Position numbers and translations under genes: made by a program. This document shows positions 18,333-26,082 of a stretch of 45,427 bases of DNA, in pieces (the stretch's first letter is position 1; every line of letters starts with the position of its first letter). The stretch comes from an uncultured Candidatus Saccharibacteria bacterium (lineage in GTDB: Bacteria; Patescibacteriota; Minisyncoccia; Phycocordibacterales; CAYQYW01). The stretch covers positions 1-45,427 of the forward strand of contig CAYQYW010000007.1 in the NCBI GenBank assembly GCA_964421995.1, given 5' to 3'. The notes under the pieces are model-generated. The model saw only the letters and a program-made list of their open reading frames with translations, was not told the DNA's origin and did no database searches.

Positions 18333-18593
18333 CTCAATTAAATTATAATGTAATAAAAGTTAATGTGGAAAAATCAATTCTTTAAAAAAATCTGATTATG
18401 TAAAAACTAAAATTATCCTCTTGTAACCCAAATAGTATATGTACTTCTCTACTTTTTCAAATTCAACATATACAAGTTAGCTATGGCATGTATTTCTAAA
18501 GAACAAACAAGACTATTTATATAATGAAATATACTTTATACTAAATTCAATATTTAGTGTATATTAAATCATTATCTCGCTTAAACGATCTCG

Positions 18594-19172
18594 TTAACGC
18601 GATATAATCTCCGTAATACTATTAAAAAATACCCCTGGTTTGATAAACTCAACCCTAGCAGATAGATTTTTTGAATCAATATGATACACAACTTTCCCTT
18701 CAGCAAGAATTGTGGTCACAGTAGCAACCAGTAACAGTGCAATGACCGTAATTTTGAGTACAGGCAGTTTTCTCCAGGCAACAGAACTCTTTGTGGGGGT
18801 ATTGCTTTGTTTTGTTTTCTCAGCAACCTTGGACTCGGTTTTCTTAATTACTTTTATTAATGTTGCGTTCTTTTTAATTAGTACTGGATTTAGTGGTCTA
18901 TCATCAACCATAACCTTATATGACGGTGCTTCTTTTGTGTAGGATATATTTACTCCACTTAGTACATCTATAGATTTTTTAGAACTTTTTTTATTACCTT
19001 TATGAGATTGGAGTGAACTCTCTAAAATATACCAGTTCCTACCAAGAAGTTTTGCATTGAGCTTCCCTGATCTACACATCTGTCCGATATAATCTTTTGT
19101 GTAGCCACCTAATTGAGCTGCTCGCTTAGACGAGATATATTTCTTTCCATCAAGTATTATGCTATCTTCCAT
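18594..19172 (-). CDS. Small excisionase/MerR-like HTH protein with C-terminal TM helix
   Basis: YISSKRAAQLGGYTKDYIGQMCRSGKLNAKLLGRNWYI, homologous to the giant protein N-terminus; TM ITVIALLLVATVTTILA. Start MEDSII at 19172 is preceded by TATAAT plus 7 nt (track ORF starts at 19196). Confidence 0.82.
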   Translation of the reverse strand: MEDSIILDGKKYISSKRAAQLGGYTKDYIGQMCRSGKLNAKLLGRNWYILESSLQSHKGNKKSSKKSIDVLSGVNISYTKEAPSYKVMVDDRPLNPVLIKKNATLIKVIKKTESKVAEKTKQSNTPTKSSVAWRKLPVLKITVIALLLVATVTTILAEGKVVYHIDSKNLSARVEFIKPGVFFNSITEIISR

Positions 19173-19225
19173 TAAACCTATTATACGAGATTTCAATCAT
19201 ATGAAAAGCTTTTTTGTGGAAAAGC

Positions 19226-20638
19226 TTATTTCAGAAGCTCTTTAAATATGTTTTGTAACATTTGAGGATTGGCAGATCCTTTTGTTTCTTTCATGCCCTG
19301 CCCCACAAGATATTGCAGTGCATTCTCCTTGCCCGCCTTAAACTCCTCAACTGCAGTTACATTATTTTCCAAAATTTTCATTGCTATCTTTTTAATAGCT
19401 CCTTCATCATTCTGTTGAATGAGTCCTTCACTTTCAGCAATCTCCTGTGGTGCCCCTCCCTCCTCCACTAAAATCTTTAGAATATTTTTTGCTCCTCTTG
19501 ATGATATATCTCTTCCATCAATCATTTTCATTAACTCAACAAAATCATTGGCAGTAAAATTTAACGTGTCTGGAGACATTCCAACAAGATCAGAAGAGAT
19601 ATAATTTATTGATAATGTAACTAATGTTTTGCTGTCTTTCACCAACTCCAACACTTCATCCAACAAACCTCTCATCAACCTGTTCGCAAGTAAAGATTCT
19701 ACATCCTGATCTTGAACTCCATACTTACTATATTTATTTCTTTTTTCCCAAGGCAATTCCCTGTTAGGTAAGATGTTTCGAATACTATTTTCTAGAACAT
19801 CTTTTTGAAACTCAGGTATTTCTGAAAGTTTTAGTTTTGGTAAATCGGGATCAGGAAAATATCGATACTCTTCAGACGATTCCTTCAATCGTTGTGAGAA
19901 AGTACTCTGCTTGTTCTCATCCCACCCTCGCGTTTCTTGAGTCACGTTTCCGCCAGACTCAAGTAATTCAATTTGTCTCTTTATTTCAAATTCGATTGCT
20001 TGCTCAACAGAACGAAATGAATTCAAATTCTTTATCTCAACTTTTGTGCCAAAGGTGTCTGTTTTGCTAACTGAGATGTTTGCTTCAACACGCATCTCCC
20101 CTTTCTCCATATTTGCATCTGAAACATTAAGGTATCGAAGAAGCAATCGTAACTCTCTCGCAAATTTTCCCGCTTCTTCAGAACTCTTAATTACTGGCTC
20201 GGTAACCAATTCCATAAGAGGAACTCCTGCTCTATTAAAATCAACTAAACTACTGTCACCTTTATGACTTGATTTTGCAGTGTCTTCTTCAAGATGAATT
20301 CTTGTTACCTCTATTCCAGTGAGTGACCCTCCACTAACCAGAGGATATTTATACTGACTTATTTGATACCCTTTTGGTATATCGGGGTAGAAATAGTTTT
20401 TCCGATCAAATTCAGTAAAATCTGCGAGGTTTGCACCAATAGCTACACCCACTTTCAAGACATGGTTCACCGCTTTTTTATTGATCACAGGAAGCGTTCC
20501 CGGATGAGCCATGCAAATAGGACAGATATTTACATTTGGCCTTGTTTCGTCTGGATCATTTCGAGAAGAACAGAACATTTTAGTGTTCGTCTTCAATTCT
20601 GCATGTATTTCAAGACCTATGGTCGGAGTGTATGACAT
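19226..20638 (-). CDS. gatB: Asp-tRNA(Asn)/Glu-tRNA(Gln) amidotransferase subunit B
   Basis: IGLEIHAEL, FDRKNYFYPD, RIHLEED, DFNRAGVPLMELVTEP, YRYFPDPDL. Confidence 0.98.
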   Translation of the reverse strand: MSYTPTIGLEIHAELKTNTKMFCSSRNDPDETRPNVNICPICMAHPGTLPVINKKAVNHVLKVGVAIGANLADFTEFDRKNYFYPDIPKGYQISQYKYPLVSGGSLTGIEVTRIHLEEDTAKSSHKGDSSLVDFNRAGVPLMELVTEPVIKSSEEAGKFARELRLLLRYLNVSDANMEKGEMRVEANISVSKTDTFGTKVEIKNLNSFRSVEQAIEFEIKRQIELLESGGNVTQETRGWDENKQSTFSQRLKESSEEYRYFPDPDLPKLKLSEIPEFQKDVLENSIRNILPNRELPWEKRNKYSKYGVQDQDVESLLANRLMRGLLDEVLELVKDSKTLVTLSINYISSDLVGMSPDTLNFTANDFVELMKMIDGRDISSRGAKNILKILVEEGGAPQEIAESEGLIQQNDEGAIKKIAMKILENNVTAVEEFKAGKENALQYLVGQGMKETKGSANPQMLQNIFKELLK

Positions 20639-20656
20639 AATAGCAATAATACTAAA

Positions 20657-21622
20657 TTAAGCGGAATCTCTCAAAATTTTAATGAGACTATCATGGAGAC
20701 GTTTAATAGACTCTGGATCTATTATTGATGCACTAAACACCTCTCTCCCTGTCTTCTTCTTCATAATATCAATTTTTTCTTGCAACGCAACCTCTGGAAT
20801 TACATCAGTCTTCGTAAGAATAATTATTTCATCTTTATCCCTAAGAGACTCTAATTCCTTACGAATAGTCATATATGATTCAAATAGATCTTCCCGTTCA
20901 AGTGAAATGCAATGGAGTATAAGCTGGGTTCGTTTAATATGTCTCAAGAACTTATAACCCAATCCCTTCCCGAGAGAGGCTCCTTCTATGAGCCCTGGAA
21001 TGTCTGCAAGAATATAGCCGTGCATGTCTCCTAGATTTGGATCAAGTGTTGTAAACTGGTAACTTCCAATTTTAGCCTCAGCATGTGTAAGTTCATTTAA
21101 TAAGCTAGACTTTCCAGCATTCGGAAATCCAACAAACCCAGCGTCCGCAACTAACTGTAGCTCTAAATAGAACATTCCATCTTCTCCTAATTGCCCAGGA
21201 GTTGATTCTAATGGTGTTCTGTTAGTAGAACTTTTAAAGTGTTCATTGCCATATCCTCCACGCCCCCCTTTTAGAATACGAATTCGTTCTCCTTCTTCTA
21301 AAAGCTGAACACTCTCTCCTGTTTCATTATTCGTAACAATTGAACCAACAGGTAATTTTAAAATATAATCTTCTCCACCTTTGCCATATAGACTGTCTCC
21401 TCCTCCAGCACCTCCATTCTCGGCGATAAACTTCTTCTTATGTCGTAGCTTAGATAAGAGATTAATGTCCCGCACACCCTCAATATAGACGTCTGCGCCG
21501 TTACCGCCATTTCCTCCAGCTGGTCCTCCTTTTGCTTTACTTCTCGTGTTAAGCCAACGCACAACACCGTCTCCCCCCTTACCGGCCCGTATATATACAG
21601 TTAATTCATCAACAAAAGCCAT
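20657..21622 (-). CDS. obgE: GTPase Obg/CgtA
   Basis: FVDE...AGKGGDG Gly-rich Obg fold; GFPNAGKSS; YQFTTLDPNLG; DIPGLIEGAS. Confidence 0.97.
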   Translation of the reverse strand: MAFVDELTVYIRAGKGGDGVVRWLNTRSKAKGGPAGGNGGNGADVYIEGVRDINLLSKLRHKKKFIAENGGAGGGDSLYGKGGEDYILKLPVGSIVTNNETGESVQLLEEGERIRILKGGRGGYGNEHFKSSTNRTPLESTPGQLGEDGMFYLELQLVADAGFVGFPNAGKSSLLNELTHAEAKIGSYQFTTLDPNLGDMHGYILADIPGLIEGASLGKGLGYKFLRHIKRTQLILHCISLEREDLFESYMTIRKELESLRDKDEIIILTKTDVIPEVALQEKIDIMKKKTGREVFSASIIDPESIKRLHDSLIKILRDSA

Positions 21623-21624
21623 AG

Positions 21625-21957
21625 TTAGATAATTTTACTAATTAACCAGGTAAGAATTGAGTATAGTATTGAACCAATAAAGGCTGGTAAAAATCCGGCA
21701 ACTGAAAATCCTTCAATGAACGATGCAGTAAACCAAAATAGAAATCCATTGATTACAAACGCAAACAATCCCAGGGTAATAATATTAATTGGCAGGGTGA
21801 GTAAGAATAAAAAGGGTTTTATCGTTATATTAAGAATAGCAAAAATCACCGCAACAATTGATGCTATGTAGAGACTGTCTAGCTCAATACCAGGAACATA
21901 GTGAGCAATCACTAGTAATCCTAGTATTGATAATATAAATCGTGCGATTAAACTCAT
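21625..21957 (-). CDS. YvlD-like 4-TM membrane protein (phage holin family)
   Basis: LNITIKPFLFLLTLPINIITLGLFAFVING motif. Likely start MSLIARF at 21957 (track ORF starts at 21993, inside secA). Confidence 0.88.
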   Translation of the reverse strand: MSLIARFILSILGLLVIAHYVPGIELDSLYIASIVAVIFAILNITIKPFLFLLTLPINIITLGLFAFVINGFLFWFTASFIEGFSVAGFLPAFIGSILYSILTWLISKII

Positions 21958-21961
21958 AGTA

Positions 21962-24442
21962 TTATGATACCAGTTTCCACTCTCTTCCCTCAAGTAGCAA
22001 TTTCGCTTTTTTGTACTTCATAGATTTTGTCTCCGTGCCATTTGTAATGGTTACAATATCATTTCTTCCTATTTTCTTCGCGGTTCTAATACTACTGATT
22101 ATTTCATTTGTGTACACCGCTTTAGGTTGTTGTTGTGTAAATCCGCCTTTTGTAATATTCGGCAACACCGTAACTATTTGTTCATCAAATGATTGTTCCA
22201 ACTCTCTAAATAATCGTAATCCTTCTTTTTTGTACTCAATTAATGGATCTCGTTGACCATAGGCACGCAGGTTAACGCTCCCTCTCATGTAATCCATTAC
22301 CTCAAGATGCTCTACCCACAACATATCAATTACCTGCATCATCAATCTTCGGACTGAAGCGTAAAACTCTTCCTCACCAATCTCCTCTTTCTTTTTTAGT
22401 AGAATAGCTGCTAATTCATCATCCACAAGATTATCTAGGTACTCTTGTAGCACAGAAGTATGCCCTCTCAGGAAGCTATTTCTTTTCTCATAAATACTCT
22501 GACGATGTTTATTCAACACGTTGTCATACGACAACACATGTTTTCTGGAATCAAAGTTAAATCCTTCTATTTTTTTCTGAGCTGATTCTAACGACTTGGT
22601 GATCATGCCATTTTGAATTGCTTCATCTTCCGGAATATTTAAACGCCCCATCATACTCTTTACTGCACCCGCTGCAAACACTCTCATTAGTGAATCTTCA
22701 AGAGATACAAAAAACTGTGTTTCTCCAGCGTCTCCCTGTCGTCCGGAACGTCCTCGTAACTGATTATCAATTCTACGTGCCTCATGTCGCTCCGTACCAA
22801 GAACAAATAGCCCTCCTATTGCTTTAACATTTTCATACTCCCCCTTGGTAGCAGATGTCCCACCAAGTTTAATATCAACGCCACGTCCAGCCATGTTTGT
22901 TGCAATGGTTACCTTCCCTCGGCCACCAGCAGCAGCAATAATTTCACCCTCTCGCTCGTGGTTTTTTGCGTTCAATAGTTCGTGTTGTATTCCTTCTTTT
23001 TTAAGGAAGGAACTCAATAATTCATTTTTCTCAATAGACACCGTACCAATGAGCACGGGTTGTCCTTTTTCATTTAGCTCTTTTACTTTTTTTGCTACCG
23101 CTTGGAATTTTCCAAGCTCACTCTGGAAGATAAGATCATCCTCATCGATTCGTGCAATTGCACGGTGTGTAGGAACTTCTATCGTGTCTAATCCGTACAC
23201 CGTTCTAAACTCTTCTTCAGATGTAAGTGCAGTACCGGTCATTCCAGACAGTTTTGTGTACATCCTAAAATAATTTTGGAAAGTGATTGACGCAAAAGTC
23301 CTTGATTCCTTCTGAATCAACACACCCTCTTTTGCTTCTATTGCTTGATGAAGTCCCTCAGACCATCTTCGTCCAGGCTGTAGTCGTCCAGTAAATTCGT
23401 CCACAATAATAACTTCATCATCCTTAACCACGTAGCTCTTATTTTTTGTAAATAATGCTTTTGCTCGAACCGCAGTCTCAAGATGGTGTACATACTTAAT
23501 GCCTTTGTCGGTATATATATTATCAACCCCTAATGTTTTCTCTGCCTTTTCAATACCACTGTCAGTAAGTGTAATTGCTTTTGCTTTTTCATCTATCTCA
23601 TAATCTTCTTCCTCTTTAAGAGTAGAAGCTATTTTATTAAATACTTTATACAAATCACCAGATTCTGCAGCGGGTGCTGAAATAATAAGCGGAGTACGAG
23701 CCTCGTCTATTAAAATTGAATCGATCTCATCGATGATTGCATATGCAAACCCTCTTTGTCTCAAGTTTGCTACTTCGTACTCTATGTTATCTCTCAAATA
23801 ATCAAAACCAAATTCATTGTTAGTACCGTACGTAATATCTGCAGCGTACGCTTCTTTCCTGGTACACGGACGCAAAAATTCATACTGCACTTTAAATGAT
23901 CCACTTTCGTCTCTTTCTTGATCTTCTTCACTTCCCTCTAAATGCCCCATATCATATAAGAACGAAGTCTCACTATTAATGACACCGACCGACAATCCTA
24001 AGAAAGAATAAATCTGTCCCATCCATACAGCATCACGCCTGGAAAGATAATCATTCACCGTAACCACATGCACACCTTCTCCCATAAGTGCATTTAAATA
24101 CGCAGGAAGTGTTGCAACAAGTGTTTTACCTTCTCCTGTTCTCATTTCGGTAATATTTCCCTGATGAATTACCATTCCACCCAAAAGTTGTACATCATAG
24201 TGTCGTTGTTCTAGAAGGCGTTTTGAGGTCTCACGAACTGTTGCGAATGCTTCAGGTAAAATATCCTCTAGGGTCAGACCAGAAGAAAGCCTCTCTTTAA
24301 AGAGGTTTGTCTGATCTTTTAAATCCTTGTCTGACAAAGAAGAGATCTTCTCTTCTAAGTCGTTAATTGTAGCTACTGTAGGTTTCAGCTTTTTAATAAA
24401 GCGTTTACTCTCATCCCCAAATAGCTTTGAAATGAAGGGCAT
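21962..24442 (-). CDS. secA: Preprotein translocase ATPase SecA
   Basis: EMRTGEGKT, VHVVTVNDYL, DEIDSILIDEARTPLIIS, ATNMAGRGVDI, RRIDNQLRGRSGRQGD. Confidence 0.99.
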   Translation of the reverse strand: MPFISKLFGDESKRFIKKLKPTVATINDLEEKISSLSDKDLKDQTNLFKERLSSGLTLEDILPEAFATVRETSKRLLEQRHYDVQLLGGMVIHQGNITEMRTGEGKTLVATLPAYLNALMGEGVHVVTVNDYLSRRDAVWMGQIYSFLGLSVGVINSETSFLYDMGHLEGSEEDQERDESGSFKVQYEFLRPCTRKEAYAADITYGTNNEFGFDYLRDNIEYEVANLRQRGFAYAIIDEIDSILIDEARTPLIISAPAAESGDLYKVFNKIASTLKEEEDYEIDEKAKAITLTDSGIEKAEKTLGVDNIYTDKGIKYVHHLETAVRAKALFTKNKSYVVKDDEVIIVDEFTGRLQPGRRWSEGLHQAIEAKEGVLIQKESRTFASITFQNYFRMYTKLSGMTGTALTSEEEFRTVYGLDTIEVPTHRAIARIDEDDLIFQSELGKFQAVAKKVKELNEKGQPVLIGTVSIEKNELLSSFLKKEGIQHELLNAKNHEREGEIIAAAGGRGKVTIATNMAGRGVDIKLGGTSATKGEYENVKAIGGLFVLGTERHEARRIDNQLRGRSGRQGDAGETQFFVSLEDSLMRVFAAGAVKSMMGRLNIPEDEAIQNGMITKSLESAQKKIEGFNFDSRKHVLSYDNVLNKHRQSIYEKRNSFLRGHTSVLQEYLDNLVDDELAAILLKKKEEIGEEEFYASVRRLMMQVIDMLWVEHLEVMDYMRGSVNLRAYGQRDPLIEYKKEGLRLFRELEQSFDEQIVTVLPNITKGGFTQQQPKAVYTNEIISSIRTAKKIGRNDIVTITNGTETKSMKYKKAKLLLEGREWKLVS

Positions 24443-24459
24443 ACGAGTGATTTTAGCAT

Positions 24460-24492
24460 AAAAACAAAATCCTCTCTATAGAGAGAGGATTT
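24460..24492 (-). terminator. Rho-independent terminator after the histone H1-like gene
   Basis: 11-bp stem aaatcctctct / agagaggattt (24467-24492) with a 4-nt loop, followed by a T-rich run on the minus strand. Confidence 0.8.
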
Positions 24493-24514
24493 GTCTTTGT
24501 GAAGCGAAGATAGA

Positions 24515-24748
24515 TTATCTTCGTCTTCGTGCAGCTGGTTTACGACGTGTTGTTGCTCGCTTCTTTGCTGCTGGCCTCTTCTTTGCTACCTTTCGCTTTT
24601 TAGCGGCAGGTCGTTTCTTAGCAGCTGGCTTTCGTCGTACTACCTTTCGCTTTTTAGCGGCAGGTCGTTTCTTAGCAGCTGGCTTTCGTCGTACTACCTT
24701 TCGCTTAGCAGCTGACTTTCGTCGTACTACTCTTTTTCTTGTTGCCAT
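24515..24748 (-). CDS. Histone H1-like basic DNA-binding protein (AlgP/Hc2-like composition)
   Basis: 77 aa, almost only K/R/A/P/V/T, no acidic or aromatic residues; KKRPAAKK repeats; has its own terminator. Confidence 0.8.
   Translation of the reverse strand: MATRKRVVRRKSAAKRKVVRRKPAAKKRPAAKKRKVVRRKPAAKKRPAAKKRKVAKKRPAAKKRATTRRKPAARRRR
24586..24706 (-). repeat. 54-bp perfect coding tandem repeat (about 2.2 copies)
   Basis: 24586-24639 equals 24640-24693; encodes VRRKPAAKKRPAAKKRKV. Confidence 0.92.
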
Positions 24749-24878
24749 AACAATTTAAATTAATATTAAAGCAATGCAACAACACTCGACCAAGAAATAT
24801 GTTATGCATTCTTACTTACATTATCAATCGCAAAAGAATTATGAACAATAGTTTTTTACAAAACATAGTGGATAAGTT

Positions 24879-25877
24879 TTATAAAATAAAAGTTACTTCC
24901 GGAACAATATCGATTCCTGTTTTTGCTTTTACATCACTCATAATTTTTTTTGCAAAACTTTTTATCTCTTCCGCGGTTGCGTTTTTGTTGCATACAAGCA
25001 CAAGTGGTTGTTTATGAAAAACATTCACGTTTTTATCTTTCTTGCTTTTCCATCCAAATGTGTCAAGTAACCATGCAAGAGGGATCTTTACCCCTCCTTC
25101 TGTCGCATGTCCGGGAAGGTCAGAATATATAGTAAGTAAGCGCTTATACTCCTCCTCACTAATTACGGGGTTTTTGAAGAATGACCCAGCAGTACCGAAC
25201 TTATTTAAATTAGGAAACTTATTTCCTCTAATTTCTAATATAATGCAACGCACATCAGCAATACTTGGGTCTGTGAGTTTAGTTTTTTCTAAGTAATTTT
25301 TAATATCCTTATAATGCACTACTAATTCTTTTTCTTTTTTTAATTTGAAACAAATTCGTGTAATAATGTAATTTTTCTTTTTTTTGAAAATACTACTTCT
25401 GTATTCAAAATTACATTCTTTGTTACTTATTTTTTTAATTTTACAATTATTCGTATCAAAAACTTCTACCCAACCAATTACCATGGAAACGTCTACACCG
25501 TAGGCGCCAACATTTTGCACCGGAGTTGCACCAACAGTGCCAGGAATTCCAGAAAGATTTTCAATACCGTATAGTTTTTTTGAAACAACATCTGCCACAA
25601 AAGAATCTAAATTCTCCCCTGCTCCTACGGTGACATACTCATTATCATACTCAATTCCTTTGATTTCAATTTTAATGACCAATCCGTTAAATCCATTATC
25701 GGATATCAAGACATTGGACCCTCCTGCCATTACTAAAATTGGTATGTTTTTTTCTTTACCAAAAACTACTGCAACTTCCAAGTCTTCTACGGAAGCAATA
25801 CGTACAAAATACTCTGCGTAACCACCTACACCAAGCGTTGTATATGTATCTAACTTTATATTCTTTTCTATCGTCAT
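24879..25877 (-). CDS. murB: UDP-N-acetylmuramate dehydrogenase
   Basis: YTTLGVGG, GGSNVLI, ENLSGIPGTVGATPVQNVGAYG, TAGSFFKNP. Likely start MTIEKN at 25877. Confidence 0.96.
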   Translation of the reverse strand: MTIEKNIKLDTYTTLGVGGYAEYFVRIASVEDLEVAVVFGKEKNIPILVMAGGSNVLISDNGFNGLVIKIEIKGIEYDNEYVTVGAGENLDSFVADVVSKKLYGIENLSGIPGTVGATPVQNVGAYGVDVSMVIGWVEVFDTNNCKIKKISNKECNFEYRSSIFKKKKNYIITRICFKLKKEKELVVHYKDIKNYLEKTKLTDPSIADVRCIILEIRGNKFPNLNKFGTAGSFFKNPVISEEEYKRLLTIYSDLPGHATEGGVKIPLAWLLDTFGWKSKKDKNVNVFHKQPLVLVCNKNATAEEIKSFAKKIMSDVKAKTGIDIVPEVTFIL

Positions 25878-25884
25878 GATTACG

Positions 25885-25952
25885 TTGAGGTACGGGGGCG
25901 GATACGAGCTCCAAAAATCTAAAATGTGAGTGCAACCGCCCCCATATCTCAA
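25885..25952 (-). other. GC-rich 68-nt hairpin in the putative murB 5' leader (candidate structured RNA)
   Basis: Arms 25885-25901 and 25936-25952 are 15/17 reverse-complementary. It lies between TATACT (25967-25972, minus strand) and ATG 25877. Confidence 0.55.
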
Positions 25953-25976
25953 AACAACCTGATCAAAGTATATCGC

Positions 25977-26008
25977 AAAAAGTAAAACCCACCAAAGGCG
26001 GGCTTTAC
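25977..26008 (-). terminator. Rho-independent terminator after the O-antigen-ligase-like gene
   Basis: Minus strand gtaaagcccgcc-ttt-ggtgggttttac followed by ttttt; 12-bp stem with two G-U pairs. Confidence 0.75.
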
Positions 26009-26082
26009 GATAGATTTTTGCAAAGAACTCATATATAGAGCACTCACTGGTTAAAATATACCATATTTAGCTAAAATTGCAA

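Noticed and set aside
18571-18608. Imperfect inverted repeat over the small HTH gene stop
   Set aside because: Three mismatches, a 2-nt loop and no clear U-tract; too weak to call a terminator.
21625-21957. Holin-family gene (and the fibre-like giant protein) as evidence of a prophage
   Set aside because: YvlD-like genes are common chromosomal genes; this one sits between secA and obg, and no capsid, terminase or integrase is present.
25878-25952. 25-aa N-terminal extension of MurB from the TTG at 25952
   Set aside because: MurB homology starts at MTIEKN; the extension coincides with the hairpin arms.
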